Positions 26,001 through 38,508 of a stretch of 64,000 nucleotides of DNA are shown here, one piece after another. Origin of the DNA: Mytilus trossulus (Eukaryota); assembly GCF_036588685.1 (NCBI RefSeq), contig NC_086375.1, positions 88,164,001-88,228,000 of the forward strand, written 5' to 3'. Position numbers and translations under genes: made by a program. The first letter of the stretch is position 1; every line of letters starts with the position of its first letter. The notes under the pieces were generated by a model. That model was not told the origin of the DNA and did not search any database. It worked only from the letters and a program-made list of their open reading frames with translations.

Positions 26001-27729
26001 TGAGTTTGACCGTCTCTTTGGTATCTTTCGTCCCTCTTTTGTAAACGTCACGCACGCTGTTCCTACAACCCCTATGATTCGAAACCGAATCTTCGAAATT
26101 TCCTCCGCAAAACAAAATAAAATGTTAACAAACACTAACCACTATAAAAACTAATTCAGTATATGTTTTACTTTATGTTCTTATAGCTCTTGGTCATATG
26201 CTTAGTAATATCTAGGATATTTGAGGATGAAAACAACAAAGCTATGTGAAAAAACGGATGTCCAACGTTACATTTTTGAACAACTGTTTTATCTCTTATG
26301 TATAGTGGTCCTGTTTCTTATTTTCTGATCTTCTCGAAACTTGTCAGAAGCAACGAAGTGTGTCAGTTCTTGGTTAAATTATAGGCGTTTTTTTGTCGAA
26401 TTTCGTTTGACTCGGTGGCTGCATATTAAGCTGGAATAAAAAAAATGGCCAATGACGTTTTTCGTTGACTTAACGGCTGAAAGGTAGTTTTATAAGTAGA
26501 CATAGCTAAAAATGTCTAAACAATGTGAGACAATTATAACATCTACCGAAAGAACAAACATTTGCCTCATTGTTCGTGGGTTCAAAAGTTGTAGATTGAA
26601 TAAAACCATCTTTACACAGTCGTTTTTCAAGCATAGCCATTTTGTCCATGTTATTATTTCATTTGTCCAAGCAATTAATGCAGGTTTTTTACCTGATATT
26701 TCAATACGTAATTCATAATTAACCAAAACAAAAGTTAGATACACGAAAAGAACATAAATTCTAGATTCTTTTTTTTTATTAACTGCATGTTTGGGTCTTA
26801 CAGGATTAAAATGCTACGAAACATTAAAAAACAGTAGCCATTTTGTCCAAACGTCAAAAAACGTCGGAAAATCCAAACAAACACTTTTTTTTGCGATGTA
26901 ACATGTGCAAAATTTGTTTCATTGTACTATAAATATTCTTGATATTAGAACAAATTGCGTGGTATAATTAAAAAGAAATTGCTATTTGTTACAAAAAAAA
27001 CAAACACAGTGCATGTTGTGCATGAAACGGAGGTAACTGAAAGACTTATCGGAAACAGCGACAAACAATAGTTTCATTGAATAAATGCAACCCCGTTTTA
27101 TATACGGACGGTCAGGAGAAGATTGGTACATTTTAAAAGCAAGCAATTTCAAATCACTGGGAAAATAATTTTCAAGATCGGTTTATAATAATAATTTTAT
27201 TTAATGGTTGTATTTCGACAAGTTATGTGTCAAGGAATTTTTTAATACAATTCAATTCAAATTAATCAAGGGTAAAGATGCTTTTATTTACTTGCATCTA
27301 TGCTTGCAGACTGTCGGATATATTTGTATTAGGGTTGAATCGGGATATGAAAAATTTTACAATGACAGATGGAATGCACCATGCAATTTTAGCAGCCTGC
27401 GATTAAAGTTTTGTTATAATTCATTTATTGAAAACTGTATACTTCTGTCCCATTTTTCCTTCCTTCTAGTTCATTACTTACGATAATACAACATTTTAAG
27501 GTGAATTAAGGGTAAACATAATTTAATCGATTTCCACAACATGAGGTAAATAAAATCATTGTAAATAGACATCACAAAGTTAATAGAGGCAGATTTAGAA
27601 TCAACCAACTACATAAAAAAAGCAACTGAAACTTGCAAATTGTATAAATGTACGTCAAAAAGTTCAGAAAACTCTCTTTGACGTCGTGGTGGTGTAACGT
27701 CGTGTTGTGGGAACATCGTGCGCAACGTT

Positions 27730-28200
27730 TGTACTGTTACACCACTGTCCCAGGTTAGGGGAGGGTTGGGTAAATGAGAATTTATTGTCTGTTGCTGTTG
27801 ATCATCTGCGTTGCTTGTTTATTTTTTGGTGTGTATAGTTTTTGTATTGTTCTGTTGCACCACTGTCCCCGGATCAAGGGGAGTTAAGGATACCCACTAA
27901 CATGTTTAACCCCGCCATTGTATGTCGTTTGTGCCAGTCCTAGGTCAGGAGCCTGTAGTTCAGTGATTATCGTCTGTTGCTGTGTTACAATTTGAATTTC
28001 GTTCATGTACATACATGGGGTCGACCGAGGGGGTCGATAGTGTTTTCAGTTGAATTATTTTACATTTTCTATTTCGGGATCTTTGGTATAGCTGACGATG
28101 CGGTATGGGCTTTTTTCAATGTTGAAAGTCGAACGCTAACCTACATTTGCCAATTTCTCTGTCATTTGGCCTCTTGTGAAGAGTTGTCTCATTGGCCCTC
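27730..28200 (+). repeat. Dispersed SINE-like repeat family fragments
   Basis: The motifs TGTTTAACCCCGCC..GTCCYARGTCAGGAGCCTGT and GTTGAAGGCCGTAC..GAGTTGTCTCATTGGC recur at several places: ~14385-14700 (-), 39565-39755, 49860-50135 plus 52338-52400, 53600-53850 (-) and 58140-58560 (-). Confidence 0.7.
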
Positions 28201-28774
28201 CATTTTTTAAAAACAGTCATTGAAATTTTTATTTTATCTTATTAATTAAATACTTTAATTTTATTGTTAATTTTCTCAAGCAAATTTCCACTAGACTTCA
28301 CACAAAACAAGTTTATTAGGCATACTCAAATTATCTTATTGAAATTTTGATTGGTAAGATTGTCTGATACAATACTTTCAACTTTCCCAATTGGGTTTAG
28401 AAGATACGTACAATTTTCATAAAATACACAAAAATGGAAACTACTTTTAACTTGAGGAGTATCATTCAATTAACATTATTTTAGAGTATTTAAAAAAATA
28501 TATGCTGCATGATTTTCGATAAATATAACTTTAGCTGTAATTATAGTTTAAATAAAAATAAATTGTGTAGGTTTATATTGGCTTTTCAGAAAATACGTAG
28601 CAGATAGTTTTACCAAGTAAATTCCATTTTTCTATTTATAGCCTAACGCAACAGGTCACAATAAGCGGGAAGTAAGTTAGTTATAAATAAGAAGATCGGT
28701 ATAGATTATAACAACTTCATTTAAGATAAACCCAATAGGCAGACCATTCTTAATTTGTTCCATTGTTTTGCAAC

Positions 28775-31700
28775 ATGACTTTAAATAAGAAATCTTGTCT
28801 TGAAAACAAACTTCGCTGTATACTGACTTCGTCAATTTTTGCCAATTTGTTCATGGCGTTAACTTTAGCGGCAATACTTGTCTATAAAGACAGAATAATT
28901 AAAACAGAAAGTGACCATTCAGGACAGTTAGACTCTTTTAACTTGCCTGCTGATTCTGGTGTGTGTATTCCGTGTGATTATCTTGGAAAGAACATCACAG
29001 CAAAAGACACTCTTTTTGACAGTATAACCAAATCAAAGGATGGTAAACAAAAACTTTGCTGTACCAACAAACCATCGTTCTTACCAAAACTTATTGGGAA
29101 GGTAATATATACTACAAGTCGTAAAAGAATTGGGTTTTGTGAAAACATTCGCTGTTTTAGATAAAAGTAATATGCTGATATTTCAGTGTACATTGAAATG
29201 TTTGTAGTTAATTTAGTTCTTTGATCCTCGCTTTGATCATGCTTTAAGTAATTTAGTCCTTGATGTGGTACATTTTATTATTGTTTTATTTTTAATATCT
29301 ATTATATAGTTATTATAGTTTAGTTGTATTTTGTGTACAATTTAACCAATAAATATTGGTATGATTGCCATTTCGACAACTATGTCCACCGAATACAACT
29401 GACGGTCTTCATGCAGGAAAACAAACAGCCTCTGAGCAAACAGCCAAACAAATATCGTATAGAAAGACATTACAAACTTCATCATTGGTTATCATTTGTT
29501 TTTATATTAGTGTCTAAGATTTAATAATTTGGTCTCGATTGCAAATCATATCTAATTTAATACTCTGGCACCATAATCTGTAGACCTTTGTCATATTTTA
29601 TGGATGTTGGTAGATCGGTTAATAGAATTAAATCTTTTAAATTAATAGCATACAATATTGTTTCTTTGATTTTATAGATGATAATGTCAGAACAAGAAAG
29701 AATGTCAGGTAAGTGTATTGATTCATAAACTATTTTAACACTCCGGAAGCAGATCTCAATCGTCGAGCGATTGTGTGGTTAATGTGCACCTATAATAGCA
29801 TAGGATCAGATTCCCCTATGTTACACGTCATCTAATGAGATGCAGATTTTATAGCTATTCTTATCTCTGAAAACCCGGATGTTGCGGACAAACACTCAGC
29901 ATGATTGTATTACTTTAACTTATAACATGTACAGCAGTAATGCATATCAATTTGTAAAATTGGAAAGTAAACATTTACATTGTGTTTAAATATATTAACA
30001 TATTATAATAACAAATAAATTAACAAAAAATCAAACAAAATGTTAAGTTTAATAGATTTTCAGTGTTTTAAGCGTACTAAATAATATCAATCTTTACAAA
30101 TTTTTCCTTATTCTAATTTTCCTCTTTAGAGAACAGATTTTACTTTATTTTTCATTGTTATATTTTTACCTGCTGGAAATGTAAACAATTATACAGTCCA
30201 TACTATTATTATGAATAAGTTTCACAATAATCCTAGGCCTAATAAAAAGTATTCTCTGATTATTATAATAATCACTAGCAGATTCAATTTTGAAGTAAAT
30301 TATGTGACTCAATAAAACATACTTTTTGCATTCTATTTTTGTGTAGATTTTCGCAGGGAAAGAAAAATTTAACTGAAAATGAATGAATTCTAATCTGAAA
30401 CACAATATAAGAATTAATATTCCAAATATATAATTTTGGTCTAGGTTAAGAGGGTCTTTGAAATATATATATATATATACATGTATACTTTCATAATGAG
30501 TCTTATTGATAAAATTGTACACTCATATATGTCATTTTCTATAAAATGCTTTCCTTTTTGGGCTCTAAAACTATGAATATTCTTCCATGGTAAGTTAAAC
30601 TAGACCGTCTTATAGAAAAAATTTTAAGAGAGTTTGTAGAAAATTTTGTTGCAAAGGGTACTTTTTTCTTTCTTTTTATATATATAGGGAATAATGTTAG
30701 AGGACTTTGTGTGGGTTTCTTTTCAAAGAGTACATTCCATTACTATTTTAAACTAATATTTCAACCAAAAAAGAATATTCTTCGATACTTATTTTTTCTA
30801 TATAGACAACAAGGAATGGCCTTTAAGTGTACATATAATTGTTATATAAACATTCAGAAATATTACTTATTATAAAAGAATGTTAAATCAGTCTTTACTA
30901 AATCATATTTAATTGAAATTATAAAAGAAAAAAATACTATTCCATATTAATTTCCTATAGTAATTGTTTGTTTAATACAGTAACACTACTAGTAGGGGAT
31001 AAGTTTGTCCGCAAGTGAGACGGATTAATCAGTGAGTAGATAAGGTTAACTATAAATAGAACAATCAGATAATCTGAACCTATGCTATTCCTAAAAGTAG
31101 TGTATTATTTACTAGACTGCACTGTACAAAAACAATCACTTGCTATGGAACAAAGATTCTGCTACTTTTGTCAATTGTAATTGAGATGGGTTAATACTTC
31201 TAAACTTTAATGTTACGAACTATGATCAATTACACTATTTGTATTATACGAATAAGATATTTTATTTTTATATTGTCGGGTTCTCCGAAACATATATTCA
31301 CAGTGTGGGAACGGAACTGTACGGTGTTTTAATATTTTGGTCATTCGGGAGACTGTCAAGCGGTGCTCCGACATTCGAAAAATAACAAGTCGATGAATGT
31401 AAGTTTTGATTAACGCAAACATTATAATATTAAGTTTCTGCTTAAAGATTTGGTAACGAAAACATTCTACACAATATAAAAGACCAATCAAATGCTGTAA
31501 GCGACATATACAGCCAGACGTTTTCTAACAAACGGTTAGGCTCCGAGTAAATCGCTCAAAATTCGTCATCAACATCGAAAAAAAGTTAAAAAATAATTCA
31601 AAAGGATATTCATAACTACACCAATTTTTACAATTAAGCCTTTGGTGATATATAGTCTAACCATTCTGAAAGTTCTATAACGATTGTTTCAGTAGAAAAT

Positions 31701-34700
31701 TAAATAAATCAATTTTCTTGATGTTGGTTGATATTATTGACTGTACAATCACTCGCTCGCTGGCTGTATTCTCGCTCGGAGCCTTTCTGTACAATCACTC
31801 GGGCAAAATAATAAAATAGATTGCATATTCAGTTCATTGTTTTCTATTTCTTCACTCAATATTGATGTATTAAATATATAAATAAGAGTGACCATAAATT
31901 CTACTCGTTTTCCAATTAAGTTTCAATCGAGTACACCATTCTAACGCACACGTAGTTTTTCTATACCAGAGACACATAAATCGAAAATCAGTATACAAGA
32001 CAAAAACCAAAACGTAAAGCACACATCATAATAAATATCGATTAAGAATAATAAGCTCGTCACACAAAATTCAGTCAATAAAGTAATTATTTCAAGTATT
32101 CCAATATTTTCCATATAAAAAAATGATGAATTTACTTTCAAGCTTTGGGAATTGATTTCAACTTTGGTCACAATATAAAAAAGCGAGGATTTCCTCTGTT
32201 TTCTGTGACAGCTTATTTACTAATATTATTAATATAACGGCTAGTCCGAGATTAGGTCCCAGCTTGTCTGGCAAAACAGCCGTTGGACGTCAGAGTAATC
32301 TCGGACTATATTACGGCCTGATTATGCACGAACTAATTGTCACTGGACAATAATTAAGTGTAGAATTAATCTTACGACATAAAAGTTTAGTTGAATTGTT
32401 AAGGAATATACATGTAAGATGCATGTAATACTTAAGATTTTTAGTGAAAAGAGTTCGTACAGATTCAAAGATTTAAAGTCGAGCGCTGAAGATCAAAAGT
32501 CCACATCTTAACATTTTAGCTCCAGCGATCGGGATGTAACAAATCCAGTGGTCGACTTTATATCTACACAGTGCACGACTTTGTATCTCAATTGCTTTTA
32601 AATCTTTAGCAGTGTGGATGGATTTGAAATCTGCAGCGCTGGACTTAAAATTAATGGCTCTGGATTTTTTTTAATCTCCAGCGCTTGATTTCAATAACCA
32701 CTCTCAGTAGGAAACAATCCGCAAATTATTGGGATAAAAATTAAACACCATGTTTAAAGTTGATAAGGGAGTTTTTTTTTGTTTTTTTTTCATATCGACG
32801 GGTTGTCTGTTTACTTTTTATTGATAAATTTTGGAACAAGTCTACATATCATATTATATGAACAAGAGGCTGTCACAACGACAGCAAACCGGATTTATTA
32901 ACAATTATTTGTGTCCTGGCAATATCACAAGAACCATTACTGGTGAATGGTGAAAGTGAAAATCGTCCATATCAAATTTGACCTCCATTTTGTCATCAGT
33001 ATCAACATATTAAAATTTGAAAAGCTTAGATTGAATGGTTCATGAGTAAATGCAAAAAAGTGAATGGAAACGCCATTTTATGATCTTTCATGAACCATAA
33101 ATACTGAACGGTAAAAGTCAAAATCAGAGACACATAAATCGAAGTTTATTTTATGTTTTCTCCATTAATAAACAAACAAATTCCAAAATGTACATTCTTT
33201 TATCTTGTGTTTGTATTTGACAGCTAGTTGGTTAATAATAATATAGATCTTACGTGTGTGATCGTGCTCAATTCTGTGAATGTAAATGATAAGGACGTCT
33301 CGATTACTACTTACTTTGGAGTCAATTCAATAATTTTTAGGAACACTACAACTGATGATATTAATATAGATAAATAAAGAAGTTTATCAGGTCAATGTAT
33401 ATATCATAAATATCCTATTGGCTATCAAATATAATCTGAGTTTTTATTTAAAGATATTTGATTTGTAAATTTCCGTTTTCTATACACATTTGTACTAAAA
33501 GCGAGGTTTCTCATGAATACTGTAGCCAAAATCATTACTCTGCTCCCAGGCGACATTACAGAACTGCTCCAAGTGATAATACAGTCGAAAGTTGTTTACC
33601 AACGAGCGACCGTACAGTGAAAAATATTTAGTGACTTCTGTTTTCAAAGATTTAGAACTATTTTCTAGTGTAAACATGATGAAGTTGTATATGATGGAAA
33701 AATATATAAAAATTCTTATTACACAACTTAAAATTTTGTTAAAAAAACCTTGTAAAGTCAGATTTTCAGCTGAATGAAGACAATCATTTGCATAATTTGG
33801 GTCGGAGCTCTTACTTTTATTCCATTTTTTTCCCTGTTTTCTTGCCTCTAGAATATTTTCTGACCCCTGGAATGTTTGAATATTATTGACAGATGCAATA
33901 CTTTTCTCATATGCATTAAAAGTGAGCCCAGAGATAGTAATTATATAAAACACTTAATTTCTCCGTAGCTGAAAATGCTCTCGAATGTCGGAGCTCCGCT
34001 TGACAGTCTCCCGAATGACCAAAACATTAAAACACCGTACAGTTCCGTTCCCACACTGTGATATTTAGATAACCCTAATAGATTAAACATTTAGATCGAT
34101 ATTTATATCAGATATTGGAAAATACATCGAATAACAGGTAGATAATATCTTAAAACAAATGTGTTTCACAGTACAAACTTAAACAGTTACATTTCTTCAT
34201 AAAACAAGCCACTTTTATAATTTAACATTTTATGATTTTGAAAAGAAATAATAGTTGTAAAACAAAAAAGAATATATTAAGTTATTCAATCATCAGTCTG
34301 ATGTTGTCAAACAAAGTATCAACATTTGAGGTAATAGTTATCAGAAGAAAATCATACCATGTAATACTTGTCATATCAATTGTTAGTGTTTTGTTTTTAT
34401 TTACAGAAAGTGTATAATTTGCATTTAATATATTTTTGTTTAGATACTGGAAACATTGAGGATATTTACGAACAACTTAAATGGTGGAGAAATCGACCAA
34501 ACTCAATTCACATGAATCTAGATGTTGACAAATTGAAAGGTTTGTATGATTCTAAGAAATAGCAGAATGGTTTAAAAATCATTTACTTCTTATATCTCAG
34601 TTGTTCTGTATTATTTACCTGCGGAAGTCCGCGATGTAAGCAAATGAACCATTTGAAATAAACAAAAACACTTTAAAAAAACCACAGATAGGAACAAACT

Positions 34701-35553
34701 AATTCATCCCTTGTTGTTGTTAGCAATCAACTGTCTGTTTGACAGTTAAAACTGACCAATAACTTAATTCCTGATCGGCAAAATAATAATTCCGAAATTG
34801 ACAGGTTCGAGTTAAAGCTTGTGGTTTATAAATACGTTAATCAGATAGGAACGCTATCACAAGTGAATATACAGACGTTAGCTAACAAAACATGTCAATG
34901 CAATATGTGAATTTCTAAATCAGATTGAAAATAATAAAATAAAAAAAGTAGTTGTGAACTGCCATGTTACAGTTTCCCTAGAATAAACATGTATCTGGTG
35001 AAGGGCATTCGATCTTGGGGCGGGTGTACATCGGTATTTAGTGCACTGAATCCGTTATTTTTTCGATCTCAATTAAAAAAAAAACACCAAAAGGTGCAAG
35101 TACCAAACTTTATATCCAAATGGACTTTTATTTGGTGTAAATCTGATTTCAGAAGAAAAGAAATTTGTATGGAGAACAGACAAAGACCCTCTCGGGATAT
35201 CATTCAAACATGGAGTAGACATGAACACTACGACTAACAGTATTGTAGTACCAGGTCCACATCGAGCTTTGTATTTCGTCTACGTGGCAATAACTTTTGA
35301 CTTTGGTGACATAGAATCCGTCCCAATATTCTACCATAACGTCACCAAAAGTCATCCACTATTACCTAATACCATAGATACTCTGCTGATGACCAAATAT
35401 GGAGGATCATCGGAATCAAAACGGGTATACACGAGCTTCCTGTGTGGAACTTTCCAGATGCAAGGGAATTTCAATCTGAAAACGGAAGTGTCTTCGTATG
35501 ATTACGTGTCCACGAAAAAGTACGGAAGCTATTTTGGTATGTTCAGATTGTGA
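28775..35553 (+). CDS. TNF superfamily ligand-like protein 3 (type II membrane protein, ~284 aa; exons 28775-29101, 29678-29708, 34444-34539, 35153-35553)
   Basis: It has a TM segment (ILTSSIFANLFMALTLAAILVY) and the stalk DSGVCIPCDYLG..DTLFD..GKQKLCC. GT-AG sites with phases 0,1,1 give an 855-nt frame. THD motifs are KWWRNRPNSIHM, FVW, ALYFVYVAITF, FLCGTF and SYFGMFRL*. TATAAATA is at 28682 and AATAAA at 35925. Confidence 0.92.
31299..34060. mobile_element. Non-autonomous DNA transposon with CACAGTG termini, ~80-bp TIRs and 5-bp TSD ATATT (Transib/RAG-like), in intron 2 of gene 3
   Basis: The left end CACAGTGTGGGAACGGAACTGTACGGTGTTTTAAT..CGACATTCGA is inverted at ~33981-34060. ATATT is present at 31294-31298 and 34061-34065. 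No transposase ORF was seen. Confidence 0.9.
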
Positions 35554-38046
35554 AACTTCTGACTGGTTATTAAATTTACGAAAGGGTTTCGAGAGAGCAA
35601 TCTTTATCAGAAGTTAATATGGGAATATGCGCTTTAGGTTTGCATATTGTGAAATGAAATAGACAGATAGGTCTAACTGCCAACTATTCTAACAGAAAAC
35701 ACGTAGCTGTAATTGACACTGAAGGAGATTAAGTATTGGTGTTAATGATCTCAAGTATGTTACAGGTACTGCAGCATGTGTACTTATCTAGTCAACTTGA
35801 TTTTAATAATGTAAATCAGATTTATCATGCAGTCTTTACTGAATGCATAGAACTTTTAAAGAATTTGTGTTGCCATTAATTTTGTGTACAGTTTGTTTAT
35901 GTATGACATTGTACCTTATTTGTAAATAAAGGACATGTGGATTATACGTCATCAAGAAAAGTTCAGATTAAAAGTATTAATGCAATTCAATTCAATAATA
36001 AAACTACATAAACTCTGAATTGATCAAATGACAAAAACCTATGAAATATGACATTTAGAAAACAACTGTCGACTATGATTGTTACAACAGCATAAGAACA
36101 ATTTAATAATGAAGGAACCACCACGTCAGTGTTTCCGGGCGCTTAAAATATAAGATACATGAAGATTTAAAAATAGAAGCCCCAATAGAATAGTCAATAA
36201 TAAATGCATGACAAATAGATTCAAATAGACTTAGAGAAAGTCTAACATCTATAATATAAGAACAATTTGTTCTTAATTTAATTCTGCATTCAACAAACGA
36301 AACAATATATTTCTATATAACGACATTGTGTCATCTCATACACACCTTTTATCAAAGACATTCCCCCAAAGCAAAATTCAAAAAACAACAAAAAAAAAGT
36401 AAAGTTATATAATATAACTTAAATATATCATTGTCGTCATCATTTATTACTCCACGTTTTCAGTTAAATTTGACCACAAATAAACAATTGTTCGCAACAT
36501 TACAACTCACATTAATTAGCATTGTATTATTTTATATGTAAAATGATATATAAATCAACCGGAAGCGGTGGATACTAGTATTCGGAATGAATTATATGAC
36601 TTTCAGTGAATTATTTCTTAACGGAAACATACATTTATATTCCTGATTTGTTTTTTTGGCTAAATAAATCAGAATATGGATAAATATCTTGATGCTCCTT
36701 TGGAACTTTGTTTTGCTCATTCAGCTGAATGTCGATCTATAATTATTCACTTCTGTATCATTTAGTCTCTGGTGGAAAAATGTCTCATTGTCAATCGTAC
36801 CATGTACATCTTTTTAGTATATCAGCTTAACAGGCACATTGTAGCAGGGATAACATATATCTTTAAAATGGTATTTGCACAAAGGATAAGAACAGATTTT
36901 TTGGCTAATATTTAAGCCTTGTTTAATTGGTGTATGTGTATGTAAATTAATGATGTTTTAATTCAAAAGCAAAATTCGATAGTTTATTCTCATAAAACCA
37001 TGCAAGTACAAAGGTTACAGAGAAGTTGAAAAATAATATACATAAAAAACAAAATATGCATTAAAAATGCATAAAATTCAAAAATTTCGGATGAGATAAC
37101 ATATTAAAGAATATATATATATATACTTTTATAGTCAAGTATAAAAGTTCAAATTGTATAAAGAAATACTTCCGATAAGTATAAGTATGGTATATAAATT
37201 GTGGTTGTTAAGAAGGAGTGAGCTTACTATTAATACATCTTTAAAAATTGCAGAGGTTTCTAAGTGTCTTTGTTTTTTTTTAATTAAAACGTTTGTACTG
37301 TTAAAATATTACTGTTGTCTTACTTGTAATACTAGACTATAACAAATTGAGAAACACAATTTCACATACGTCATGAAGTACTTGGACAACGAACCATTCA
37401 TTTCATTATTTTAAACATTCATAGACTAAAATTAATTAAAAACCACAATTCCTGAAGAAAAACCATTGACGAACCAGGAAGAGGGTTAAAGACCCAATCA
37501 AATTCTTTTAAAATACGTTTGTAAATTTATACATTTGTACTAGGAAGAGATCGAATATATTAACGTTTCTGTTGCGCCAGTTTCAGAACAGCGCCTTCCA
37601 ATAATAAATTAAACGAAAAAAGTATTAAAAACTAAATTAATTACCCTAAATTAAGGATACAAATTCAATTGATCCGAATTTGTTATAACATACTAGGACT
37701 GAGTTAATAGTTAAGTTGGGTTTGAATGTGTCCCTTAGTGCTAAAAGCTAGTAGATTTACTTATTTAAGTGATTACTTTTTCTGTTGATAAAAACTGTGA
37801 ACGTTTTGTGTATTTATTTTTAACTATCTACCTATGTTAAAAGATGTGTATAATGTCAAATTACAACAAAAGTAGTGTTTGTCTCAAGTAAAACTTGAAA
37901 GATTCCCGCTGCTATTGTTTGCCAAATAGGTGCTAATTGGGTACTCGATGCAATTTGGGTACTGTGACGTTATGTTTTTTGAACAGTTTATGCCTTATTG
38001 TTTTCGCTGGTCTCATATAAACATAATATGACTGAAGCAACTATAA

Positions 38047-38396
38047 GACCCCGTTTACACTGGCAACTCGATCTTAAAAAGACCAGTTCGCGTTCACATT
38101 GCACAAAGCAAAATCGATCGAGATCGATCTTATTTAATCCAGTGCGTTAACACTACAACATGAAAAGAACCGGTCTGACCTTTATTTTCACACCGAAATA
38201 TAGAAACACCTGAAACAAGATCGATTGCGATCGGTCAAAGCGTTTACACCAAAAAAAAAAAGATCGATTCAAATAAGATCGATCTTTTTAAAACCACCTC
38301 TAGAGGTAGACTTTTTAAGTCCGATTGAAGATCGATCTTACCCGTTTACACTAGAACAAATATCGATCTTTTTTTTTGTCAGTGTAAACGGGGTTT
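38047..38396. mobile_element. MITE (PIF/Harbinger-like) with TIR GACCCCGTTTACACTG
   Basis: The ends are GACCCCGTTTACACTG...CAGTGTAAACGGGGTT with TAA flanks. GCGTTTACAC and GATCGAT motifs repeat internally. Confidence 0.8.
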
Positions 38397-38508
38397 TAAG
38401 TTTGATTGGCACACTATGCAACGCTGTCAAACATTCTAGTACTACAGTTGAAACAATAACATACCAACGAGTGATCTTTTAGTGACTTCGAAAAATTCAG
38501 AAATTTTG

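Noticed and set aside
31299-31345. Full 12/23 recombination signal sequence
   Set aside because: Only the heptamer is present. No ACAAAAACC-like nonamer lies at 12 or 23 bp in either CACAGTG element.
33495-33953. 152-aa ORF as transposase of the CACAGTG element
   Set aside because: It has a non-ATG start, an AT-biased composition, and no recognisable Transib/RAG1 or DDE motifs.
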